From Opitutales bacterium (GTDB lineage Bacteria; Verrucomicrobiota; Verrucomicrobiia; Opitutales; PNEW01), in assembly GCA_965219535.1 (NCBI GenBank), contig CBDCNV010000001.1:600001-632000 (forward strand): DNA of 32,000 nucleotides, in the 5' to 3' direction. Position 1 is the first letter of the stretch, and each line of letters starts with the position of its first letter. Below are positions 15,859 through 23,913 of this stretch, piece by piece. Position numbers and translations under genes: made by a program. The notes beneath the pieces were generated by a model, which saw only the letters and a program-made list of their open reading frames with translations, was not told the origin of the DNA and searched no databases.

Positions 15859-16090
15859 GATGATGGATGTCGCCCACGCAGCCGCGGAGCTCGGTAGCCG
15901 ATTTTCGATTTTGCCTTGTGGTTATCAAACAGTTCATCTTGAATTACATTCTGTTTCTTGATCTATCTTTTCAATCGTACCGAGGGCGAAGCCCGACATC
16001 CTCCAGATCGGCATTCGTTACCGAGGGCTATGCCCGACATCCCTCAATCGACTACCGAGCCCCGCTACCGCGTGGGCGACATCCATCATT
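15859..16090. repeat. 232-bp element with terminal inverted repeats and internal tandem units
   Basis: Left arm GATGATGGATGTCGCCCACGC (15859-15879). Right arm GCGTGGGCGACATCCATCATT (16070-16090), matching at 20/21 positions. The pairing continues through GCTCGGTAG (15889-15897) / CTACCGAGC (16052-16060). Internal tandem units TACCGAGGGC.A.GCCCGACATCC.C.A.ATCG begin at 15978, 16019 and 16053. Confidence 0.8.
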
Positions 16091-16208
16091 GAGACGGCTC
16101 TGGCCTATTGAAATGGCCCGCTGATAAATCCTTGAAGTAGGTCATAGGTAATTTCAAATAATATTCATAAATTTGCGACGGCTTGTTGTAGTTTACCTGA
16201 AGCTGGCA

Positions 16209-16250
16209 TAACCTACAACTACGACAATTACAATAAGATCGACATGACCC
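16209..16250 (-). repeat. Copy C of the GGGTCATGTCGATCTT(A/T)TTGTAA...AGGTTA motif
   Basis: On the minus strand it reads GGGTCATGTCGATCTTATTGTAATTGTCGTAGTTGTAGGTTA. Confidence 0.7.
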
Positions 16251-16398
16251 TTTGGTCAAAATTGATCAATAAATACCCATGGCATAATAACTGCTTTTAC
16301 CAGTCTTTCGGAATATTGAAACTTTTGATTCAAAATAATTATCGTGAAAATTATCATGCTCAAAACTAATAGAACTTATTAATTAACATATAGATGCC

Positions 16399-16821
16399 AT
16401 GTCAAAGAAAACTGCAGCCAAGAAAAAAGTATCTGTGAAAAAACCCGCAAAGAAATTACCGGTGGTAAAAAAGAAAAGTACCGTAAAAGCCATCGGTGTG
16501 AAAAAAAAGAAAGCAGGTAAGTCGGTCGTTAAAACTAAGGCCAAGAAAGCGACAATAATAATTGCAAAAGTCGATGTTGGCTTTGGCAACCAGCTTTATA
16601 TTAGAGGTGAGGGCAATGAATTAAGTTGGGAGCAAGGTACCCCGATGACTAATATCGCCTCCGACCAATGGGCTTGGACGACTAACAAAGGTAAAGATGA
16701 TCTGTCATTCAAATTTCTAATAAATGACGAGAAATGGTCACTCGGGTATAATTATACTACAAGCGTAAGTAAGACTTTTCAATGCAATCCAATATTTGAT
16801 CCGTATAGCTTTTCCTTTTAA
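16399..16821 (+). CDS. Lysine-rich, histone-H1-like N-terminal tail fused to a CBM20-like (starch/glycogen-binding-like) beta-sandwich module
   Basis: Residues 1-52 contain about 23 Lys in AKK/KKP/VKK repeats. Residues 53 to about 130 (TIIIAKVDVGFGNQLYIRGEGNELSWEQGTPMTNIASDQWAWTTNKGKDDLSFKFLINDEKWSLGYNYTT) follow the CBM20 pattern G.n.Y..G....LG.W......m......W.........eyKy.i......WE.G.N. Confidence 0.55.
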   Translation: MSKKTAAKKKVSVKKPAKKLPVVKKKSTVKAIGVKKKKAGKSVVKTKAKKATIIIAKVDVGFGNQLYIRGEGNELSWEQGTPMTNIASDQWAWTTNKGKDDLSFKFLINDEKWSLGYNYTTSVSKTFQCNPIFDPYSFSF

Positions 16822-17015
16822 TCTCACACTTACGACGCATAAGTTATCACCACCTCTTTTTTTTTAGACGTCAGGGATATCGCCGGTAAAACAGAACTGT
16901 TCGCACTTTTTAAATCGTGTTGAGTTCTCGCGGTAATGGTCCCGACGGTAAAGGGGATGAATGACTCCCGGGGGGCTTATCTCAACGACGTCATGCCCTT
17001 TGAAGAAGCGAGACT

Positions 17016-17066
17016 GGGGTCATGTCGATCTTTTTGTAAAATAGTTAACGAGTAAGCGATAGGTTG
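17016..17066 (+). repeat. Copy D of the GGGGTCATGTCGATCTTTTTGTAA...AGGTTG motif
   Basis: On the plus strand it reads GGGGTCATGTCGATCTTTTTGTAAAATAGTTAACGAGTAAGCGATAGGTTG. Confidence 0.7.
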
Positions 17067-17153
17067 AAAAGCGTCAGGGACTTGATCGCAACAGGTATCT
17101 TTGTTGCACCTCAAGAGGCGGAGACATTATGGTTATATACAATTGTGCGCAGC

Positions 17154-17399
17154 TCAATCGTCTGTGCCATTCTTCTTGCGGAATTCTTGTGGTGTCAAAA
17201 TTTCGCTTCTAACCAGGACAAGCGCAAGGGTGATACCAATCAACCATCCGACAAGGAATCCGCCAAAGCCACATGCAATCGCCCACCAACCCCACTCACA
17301 GACCAATGCAATGATGGTGGAAATGATGCCGCCAACGATGGCGCAAAAAGCTCCGAGAAGCTCTACCAGTGTCATAGCGTATCCTTCGTTATGATGCAT
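17154..17399 (-). CDS. Small two-TM membrane protein (73-81 aa)
   Basis: Two clear hydrophobic helices (LVELLGAFCAIVGGIISTIIALV and FGGFLVGWLIGITLALVLV) and a charged tail. An AAGGA lies 7 nt before the internal ATG at 17375 (MTLVELL...), which is the likely true start. The overlapping plus-strand ORFs 17064..17456 and 17101..17394 look non-protein-like. Confidence 0.5.
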   Translation of the reverse strand: MHHNEGYAMTLVELLGAFCAIVGGIISTIIALVCEWGWWAIACGFGGFLVGWLIGITLALVLVRSEILTPQEFRKKNGTDD

Positions 17400-17592
17400 A
17401 TACCGATCATTAGATTAGCCAACAGGTTTTATCGATTCACTATTATTGCGGGGTGATAGGCAACAAGCTAATCTTAAAAAAACGGCTTGAAATCCAGGAG
17501 GTGTGTCGGCTAGTAGTCTAGATACATATGGATAATATCCGGCGATTGAAGCGCGGGCTGGTAGTCTGATTCAACCGATAAACCAAAATAAT

Positions 17593-17633
17593 CGACCTGA
17601 CGCCATGTAAATTACAAAAAGATCGATGTGACC
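17593..17633 (-). repeat. Copy B (diverged) of the same motif
   Basis: On the minus strand it reads GGTCACATCGATCTTTTTGTAATTTACATGGCGTCAGGTCG. It shares CATGGCG...AGGTCG with copy A. Confidence 0.7.
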
Positions 17634-17656
17634 TTTTTTCCTATACGCAAAGAGTT

Positions 17657-18079
17657 TTACTTATTGCCTTCGAGGGGAAGATTACTCTCGCGCCAGGCAT
17701 ACATATCGCCCTCGAGATGAAGGATTTTATTATAACCCGCCTCGCGCAGGACTCCTTCTGCTAACCCAGCTCGCCGCCCACTTTGACAATGGACGACTAT
17801 TTGTTTATTTTTATATTCACTCAATTCGTCGATGCGAGCTGCCAACATGTTGTGCGGGATATTGACCGCTCCAGAAATATGGCCCGCCGCATATTCCTCA
17901 GGGGTGCGAACATCGAGGATTATGGGCGCGTTTTCGGACGTCATTTGTTCGATGAGACTGCCCTGAGATATGTCACCGTCGACAATCTTGCTCTGACTGC
18001 ACGAGACAGTGAGCACGCTCACGATCAGCATAAAAACTGAATACCCTGTATTATGAAAATAAATTCGAAGATGGGCCAT
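17657..18079 (-). CDS. Rhodanese-domain sulfurtransferase, exported and possibly a lipoprotein
   Basis: LDVRTPEEYAAGHISGAVNIPH and the active-site loop HCQSGRRA (CxxGxR). The N-terminal hydrophobic segment ends in LTVSC. Confidence 0.85.
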   Translation of the reverse strand: MAHLRIYFHNTGYSVFMLIVSVLTVSCSQSKIVDGDISQGSLIEQMTSENAPIILDVRTPEEYAAGHISGAVNIPHNMLAARIDELSEYKNKQIVVHCQSGRRAGLAEGVLREAGYNKILHLEGDMYAWRESNLPLEGNK

Positions 18080-18283
18080 GTTGAATTATTTATATGTTTT
18101 CATTCATATTTAATAATCTGACCAAAATGAAAAGTTAAAATGGGTTGGGAAATAGAGAAAGGTTTTTCCGCTCGCCTCGCTCGTCCGAGAAACTATATAT
18201 CAGGGTAGAAAATTCACGAAACCCAATAATACTTTACATACAATCATTAACCGACAAACCTCACAACAGGTCCACCAGTAAAC

Positions 18284-19042
18284 ATGAATATGACAGGAAT
18301 TGCGCCCGATTTAGTTGATATTGAGAGCATTGTTCGAACGGTTGATGAACGGGGATTTGTCCTTGTCCCGGATGTCATTACCCCTGAAGTTGCCGACGAG
18401 GCGCGTGAACTCATTCACGGTTACCTTGAGGCTGAGGCTACCGAAGAGACGCGAAAATCTAAGACACAGCGGGTAGGGCAGATTGCCGTGAAGCACCAGC
18501 TGTTCAGGGATTTGATGTGTCATCCGGTGGTTCTGGCCGTCTGGGAAAGATTTCTTGGCGAGGATATCTATTGTTCCACATTTAGCGCAAATACCGTTTA
18601 CCCAGGTTACGACCGCATCCATTGGCATGTGGATTATCCGTATTGGAGCCTGAATCCACCCTGGCCACCCGGCAATATCACGGGACAGACACTCTGGTTG
18701 CTTGATGATTTAACTGACGATAATGGCGGCACGGGAGTCGTGCCTTACTCCCATCGGCTTAATGAACATCCTGCTGAACCAGCAACCGAATGGCGATCCG
18801 ATGGTGAAATCCTGAACGGTCGTCGCGGGAGCGTGGTCTTTGCCCATGGCGCCTGGTATCACACCGGCCGTCCGAATATTACGGACCAATCGCGAACTGT
18901 ATTGCTGAGCATGTATCTAAAACACTGTTTTATTCCGCAGGAAGATATGCACGGTCAACTCGCGAAAATCGAGAACCCATCCGAAATAGTAAAGAAAATG
19001 TTGGGAGGAAATCAACACCGACCCGGCAATGTTGGAGCCTGA
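18284..19042 (+). CDS. Phytanoyl-CoA dioxygenase (PhyH) family Fe(II)/2-oxoglutarate oxygenase
   Basis: The motifs HWHVDYPYW (the H-x-D facial triad), GGTGVVPYSHR and GAWYHTGRPN are typical of PhyH-family enzymes. Confidence 0.75.
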   Translation: MNMTGIAPDLVDIESIVRTVDERGFVLVPDVITPEVADEARELIHGYLEAEATEETRKSKTQRVGQIAVKHQLFRDLMCHPVVLAVWERFLGEDIYCSTFSANTVYPGYDRIHWHVDYPYWSLNPPWPPGNITGQTLWLLDDLTDDNGGTGVVPYSHRLNEHPAEPATEWRSDGEILNGRRGSVVFAHGAWYHTGRPNITDQSRTVLLSMYLKHCFIPQEDMHGQLAKIENPSEIVKKMLGGNQHRPGNVGA

Positions 19043-19080
19043 TACGGTTAGCGAAGGTTTTAATTAACTGATTATTATTC

Positions 19081-20415
19081 ATGTCAGAATTTCCCAATAT
19101 CAGCCGTTCGAAGGAACTGTATAAACGAGCGGGTGATCTTATTCCCGGCCATACACAACTATTTGGTCGCAGGGCCAACCTGTTCGCCGACGGTGTCAGT
19201 CCTCTTTACGCGGACCACGCAAAAGGTTCCCGATTCACAGACGTCGATGGCAACGTATATCTCGATTGGGTGAACGCCGTGAGCGCCATTATTCTAGGCC
19301 ATGCCGACGATGTGGTGAACGCGGCGGTTAAAGAACAGATTGATAAAAGCAGCATTTTCACAATTAACAGTGCACTAGAAGTAGAACTGGCCGAAGAATT
19401 GGTTGAGACCATTCCGAGCGCGGAGATGGTTCGCTATGCCAAAGCGGGCGGTGAGGCTTGTGCCTTGGCAGCCCGTATTGCGAGGGGAACCACAGGTAAA
19501 GACATCATTCTATTTTCTGGATACCACGGTTGGCACGACTGGTATCAATCCGCCAACTACCTGGTTGATCCGGAAAGTGGTGAGTTTCCCTTTGCGGGGA
19601 TCGAGCCCATTGGGGTGCCGCGCGTTCTCGCGGGGACGGCTGTTCCCTTTTCTTACGGTGATTTGAATATGTTGGAAGACTTGTTCAAGCGACATAATGG
19701 TGAAGTCGCCGCGGTGATGATGGAGCCCATGCGATCAGAAGTTCCACCCGATGGCTACCTGGAAAGCGTGAAGGCACTCGCGCATAAGCATGAAGCACTA
19801 CTCATCTACGATGAAGTCTCATGTGGCTGGCGCATACGTCACGGCGGCGTTCAGGCATATACCGGCGTCACCCCGGATATGACGGTCCTGGCCAAATGTA
19901 TGACGAACGGTTATCCCATGGGCGCGGTGGTCGGGTCCCGTGAAGCGATGGAGCCGGCGTCACGGATGTTTATCTCGAGCTCGTACTGGAGTGATAATAT
20001 AGGCCTGGTTTCAGCACTTACGACAATTAGAGAACTGAAACGTCGTGGTTCAGAAAAGAGATTTGAGGAAATCGGGGAAAGGTACCGTGCATCAATGAAT
20101 GACGCCCTCACTTCATCAGGTTTATCGGGCAGCTGTGTCAGCCACTATGTATGCCCTACTATTAAGTTCGATATTTCAGAGGAGCTTATTCCTAAAGCCA
20201 ACACCTTGTATATCCAGGAAATGTCCAGGCGAGGAATCCATACGAAACTTGCTGTCAATGCTACGCTCGCGCATACGGATGAAGATATACAACAAACCTG
20301 TCAGGCGGCAGCGGAGTCATTTGAAGTGATCAAAAAAGGCGTGGATGCGGGTAGCCTGGATGATTTACTGGTCGTCGACCTGAAGATAGATCCTTTTCGA
20401 AGGCTGGTACGATAG
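19081..20415 (+). CDS. Class III PLP-dependent aminotransferase (glutamate-1-semialdehyde aminomutase-like)
   Basis: GSRFTDVDGNVYLDW, ILGHAD, FSGYHGWHDW, LIYDEVSCGWR and the candidate PLP-lysine in DMTVLAKCMTNGYP. The gene starts 38 nt after the PhyH gene, so the two are probably co-transcribed. Confidence 0.8.
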   Translation: MSEFPNISRSKELYKRAGDLIPGHTQLFGRRANLFADGVSPLYADHAKGSRFTDVDGNVYLDWVNAVSAIILGHADDVVNAAVKEQIDKSSIFTINSALEVELAEELVETIPSAEMVRYAKAGGEACALAARIARGTTGKDIILFSGYHGWHDWYQSANYLVDPESGEFPFAGIEPIGVPRVLAGTAVPFSYGDLNMLEDLFKRHNGEVAAVMMEPMRSEVPPDGYLESVKALAHKHEALLIYDEVSCGWRIRHGGVQAYTGVTPDMTVLAKCMTNGYPMGAVVGSREAMEPASRMFISSSYWSDNIGLVSALTTIRELKRRGSEKRFEEIGERYRASMNDALTSSGLSGSCVSHYVCPTIKFDISEELIPKANTLYIQEMSRRGIHTKLAVNATLAHTDEDIQQTCQAAAESFEVIKKGVDAGSLDDLLVVDLKIDPFRRLVR

Positions 20416-20484
20416 AAAAGATAAAGCCGCGGTAAAGATCTGTTGCCACTGCAAATCCTCTATTCCCGAAGTCGAAAGGCTTAC

Positions 20485-21471
20485 TCAATTGTTATTAGCT
20501 GCTTGGACAATTTGTCGGATATTTTCCGTGAAGCTCGGCTTGCGCCAGGTAATAAATTGAGTAGATAGCCCGGGGTTGGCGTTTACTTCGATTATAATGC
20601 AACGTTCAGATTCGTCCAGACGAAGGTCGAGGGTTGCGTAACCGCGCAGATTGAGGATGCGCATAGCTTTGTTCGCGATTGAATGGATTTCGTCTTTTAT
20701 CTTTCGGGTCAGTCTGGCAGGCATCGTCTGGGCCCCGCTGGCTCGACGAACGCGTGGGTTACATCGAACGCCTTCACTCCAAAAACCCCAACCGGGAGGT
20801 GATTTTGGAAAAAGGGATTCCGTGATACCCGCTATCCGAAACTCTGAGTCGCTATCCTCGATAACGCCAACCCTAAGATCACGTCCAACAATAAATTCGT
20901 CACACACGGCTGGGAGACCGAATCGAGACCAAATCCGTCGTGCGGGCTTCATCACGGCTTCATTAGACATCACGAGGTTATCGAGATAGATCCCCTTTGA
21001 GCCGGCGCCGAGCAGGGCAGGTTTGACGATCAACGGCGGTTTCAAGTTAAGCTTCGTGTTAGAAGCACCGATTGATAATTTCACAAACTTTGGAACATGC
21101 AGACCTTCCGCGCGCAGCCGGCGCCGCGACTTGACTTTGTCATCGGCGAGGGCAATTCCATTTTTCCCCGATCCGGTGTAGGGAACGCCGACTTGATCAA
21201 GGAATCCAGCGAACGACGGTTCTTTCTTAACACCGCAATAAGCGAGATTGAATACCAAGTCCGGTTCTATCTGTTTTAGTGCCTTGCGCGCGCGCTTCAG
21301 GTCGTCGTCAATAGGAATGAGATCGATGGTTTCATAGAGATGCTTGAGCGCATGAACGACATCGCAGTCACAGCGAGCGCGTTCGAGTACCGGTGCGGAG
21401 GACTTAATCTGATGGATTATATCCGAATCGAGTGCACAAGCGACATGTAGTTTGCGAAGCTGTTTTATCAT
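20485..21471 (-). CDS. ATP-grasp ligase (D-alanine--D-alanine ligase-like)
   Basis: PLIVKPALLGAGSKGI, the central EFIVGRDLRVGVI and the C-terminal IIIEVNANPGL follow the ATP-grasp fold pattern. Confidence 0.7.
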   Translation of the reverse strand: MIKQLRKLHVACALDSDIIHQIKSSAPVLERARCDCDVVHALKHLYETIDLIPIDDDLKRARKALKQIEPDLVFNLAYCGVKKEPSFAGFLDQVGVPYTGSGKNGIALADDKVKSRRRLRAEGLHVPKFVKLSIGASNTKLNLKPPLIVKPALLGAGSKGIYLDNLVMSNEAVMKPARRIWSRFGLPAVCDEFIVGRDLRVGVIEDSDSEFRIAGITESLFPKSPPGWGFWSEGVRCNPRVRRASGAQTMPARLTRKIKDEIHSIANKAMRILNLRGYATLDLRLDESERCIIIEVNANPGLSTQFITWRKPSFTENIRQIVQAANNN

Positions 21472-21587
21472 GAGTCGGTCGTAGTCCTAGACGACAGCGC
21501 TAATAAGGTTGTTAATGTGTATTCTATTGGTGATTTCCAAGATTTAAATTTCTACCAACTCCATCGAAAATCGACATTCCTCAATTG

Positions 21588-23672
21588 TCATAGTCCCACC
21601 TTTTGCATAAGGGCTATGAAGCGCGGCTCTGATTGTAGGAATTCAAAAACGGGATCGTGTTTAAAAAATTTAAGATCTTCGTATTTCTCTTCTTTTTCAT
21701 ACTGTTCGATTAGTTTTAAGGTTTGTTCCTTGTGTCCTAAATAGGCGTAAAAGTATAAAGGAAATACAGATTCCAATTTGGGAGGATAAGTTACGGGTTC
21801 CCCTGTTTTAGCATGCTTTTTAGCAAGTGAAATGAAAAGCTTCACCATTCTTTTATCAATTCCCTCAAGCTCAGCCCAACGATTCAGTGCGTTTGTGGCC
21901 TCTTCATATTCTTCCTTACTTAAATAGGTAGTTCCCAGGTTTGACCAAGCTATCGGGTAGCTCGCGTCCAATGACTGGGTTCTCTTAAACTGTTCAATGG
22001 CTTCGTCAAACCGCCGTGCGAAATAATAGGTGACTCCGAGATCAACATTGTGGCGGATTAAAAAGGGTTCCAGCGCGAGCGCTTTTTTCCCCTCTACCAG
22101 GGCCGCTTCGAAATGACCAGTGAAAGTAAGCAGGTATGAATACCTGTAATGTGCGGGCGCATACTTCGGGTTGAGCTCGATCGCACGTCGATATTCTTTT
22201 TCAGCGTCATCATAATCGTAGTGGAAAAACTCCTTCGTAAATCCGTAAGCAGTATGCGCCTCAGAGAGGTTCGGGTCGATTGCGAGCGCTTTCCTTACCG
22301 CCTTTTCGGCCTGTACCCGGATATCGATTTTTTTGACGCCAGGTTTATACCTAGGTAGAACAAGATAGGCATCCGCGAGACCGGAGTAGGCAAGGGCATA
22401 GTTGGGATCCAAGTTAATTGCCTTTTCAAATTGTTCGATCGCAGTTGTTAATCCTTCCTCGGTCCGTTTTGACCAATGATAACGACCTAGAAGGTAACGA
22501 TCGTAAGCTTCTATGTTTTTGGTCGAGGACGAGGACATAGGCAGAGGGGCACCTTTTTCACCCGTAAGCTCAACGTGAAGTGCACGGGCAATGGCGCGTG
22601 AGATTTCATCCTGGATTGCGAAGACGTTCTTTAACTCTCGGTCATAGGTCTCTGACCAGAGATGGAAGCCATCAGCAACATTGATAAGCTGTGCCGTAAT
22701 GCGGAGATTGTTACCCGCTTTGCGCACGCTCCCTTCAAGCACCGTATCGACGTTGAGCTGCTTACCGATTGTCGGAATATCCGAGTCTATTCCTTTAAAC
22801 CTGAATGAGGAGGTTCGCGCGGCAACGTCCAGACCAGAAACATTGGTGAAGACATTGATGAGTTCCTCCGCCATCCCCTCACAAAAGTGTTCCTGGTTTT
22901 TTTCCAGACTCATATCATGAAAGGGCAGGACGGCGATAGATTTACTTTTTGCCTCAGCGATTACTGGTTTTTGTTCCTTTCGGTTGCTCTCTACGAAAAA
23001 TAACAGCACCGCAAAAACAATAACTAAGATAACGGTCCCAATAACTATTGTCTTGTTTTGAGGTTTTATATTCGGCTGCGTTGGGGTTTCTTCCACCGTA
23101 TCTGATTTCTGCAAAGCTACTTTTGCTTGTTCAACATCAATTTGGTGCACCGGAATCTCATCATCGAGGTTCTTCAACTTTTGCAAACCTATGAATTCAG
23201 CATTAAGTGGCAGCTTATTTTTCACCGTATCGAAAACAATTTGTGAGATACAAATGCCGCCGGGTTGAGCGATCCCTTCAAGACGGGAAGCGATGTTAAC
23301 ACCGTCTCCCATCAGGTCGGAACCCTTGAAGAACACATCACCAATATGAATGCCAATGCGATGCTCTAACGAATCACCTGGCTGCTCCTCTCCTATATTT
23401 CTCGCTTTACCGTTTTGAATTTCGATCGCCCAAGTTACAGCCTCTACCGCACTATCAAAATAAATCATCAACCCATCGCCGGTAGACTTAATAACACGGC
23501 CCCGATGGGTTTTAACAAGATCAGCCATCCAGTCTAAATCCTTTGACACCAATTTCAATGTGCCATCTTCATCTTTACTCATGCGTTCGCTGTAATTAAC
23601 GACGTCGGTGAAGACAATGGTAGCGAGGGCACGTTTGCCTGTCTCGTCAGGAATTTGGTTGTTATCGGTCAT
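21588..23672 (-). CDS. Class III adenylate/guanylate cyclase fused to a TM helix, a TolB-N-like domain and TPR repeats
   Basis: The cyclase homology domain is complete: ATIVFTDVVNYSERM, GRVIKSTGDGLMIYF, RIGIHIGDV, GDGVNIASRLEG. It is followed by the TM segment IVIGTVILVIVFAVLLFFV, then SIAVLPF...RITAQLINVADG and multiple TPR-like repeats. Confidence 0.85.
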   Translation of the reverse strand: MTDNNQIPDETGKRALATIVFTDVVNYSERMSKDEDGTLKLVSKDLDWMADLVKTHRGRVIKSTGDGLMIYFDSAVEAVTWAIEIQNGKARNIGEEQPGDSLEHRIGIHIGDVFFKGSDLMGDGVNIASRLEGIAQPGGICISQIVFDTVKNKLPLNAEFIGLQKLKNLDDEIPVHQIDVEQAKVALQKSDTVEETPTQPNIKPQNKTIVIGTVILVIVFAVLLFFVESNRKEQKPVIAEAKSKSIAVLPFHDMSLEKNQEHFCEGMAEELINVFTNVSGLDVAARTSSFRFKGIDSDIPTIGKQLNVDTVLEGSVRKAGNNLRITAQLINVADGFHLWSETYDRELKNVFAIQDEISRAIARALHVELTGEKGAPLPMSSSSTKNIEAYDRYLLGRYHWSKRTEEGLTTAIEQFEKAINLDPNYALAYSGLADAYLVLPRYKPGVKKIDIRVQAEKAVRKALAIDPNLSEAHTAYGFTKEFFHYDYDDAEKEYRRAIELNPKYAPAHYRYSYLLTFTGHFEAALVEGKKALALEPFLIRHNVDLGVTYYFARRFDEAIEQFKRTQSLDASYPIAWSNLGTTYLSKEEYEEATNALNRWAELEGIDKRMVKLFISLAKKHAKTGEPVTYPPKLESVFPLYFYAYLGHKEQTLKLIEQYEKEEKYEDLKFFKHDPVFEFLQSEPRFIALMQKVGL

Positions 23673-23913
23673 ATTTTCGAGATCTCAACGAAATGAAAAA
23701 TAACTATGAAGAAGTATAATTTATATAGATGAAAGTGTATTGTCGGCGGTGAGCGAATCCCAAACCCCGATAAGCTGCGAAATCGAAAAACCACGGCATC
23801 AAAAAAAGAATAAAATAAAAGCCGAAGTAATCAAGCTTGGGATTGATGTGCAAATAGACCACGACGTGGTGGTCGTAAAGATGGAGGGGAATCGACGTTG
23901 ATAGTTTCTCACA

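Noticed and set aside
15978-16090. Possible CRISPR array, given the repeated units of about 34-41 bp
   Set aside because: The units are directly adjacent and diverged, with no unique spacers between them. There are only three, they merge into a terminal inverted repeat, and no cas genes are nearby.
15867-16124. 85-aa plus-strand ORF (MSPTQPRSSVADFRF...)
   Set aside because: It lies entirely within the inverted and tandem repeat element. Its Arg/Ser/Pro-rich sequence simply reflects the repeat units.
7012-17039. Mini-ORF MSIFL/MSILL encoded inside the repeated motif, as a leader peptide
   Set aside because: Copy B has ACA instead of ATG. The G-rich stretch is only 2-3 nt from the ATG, too close for a Shine-Dalgarno. 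Conservation extends well beyond the 18 nt, so it is more simply explained at the DNA or RNA level. It is mentioned in the motif finding but not called as a gene.
23857-23874. Hairpin GACCAC-GACGTG-GTGGTC downstream of the 23914 gene, as an intrinsic terminator
   Set aside because: The stem is only 6 bp and, on the transcribed (minus) strand, is followed by TATTTGC rather than a U-tract. That is too weak to call.
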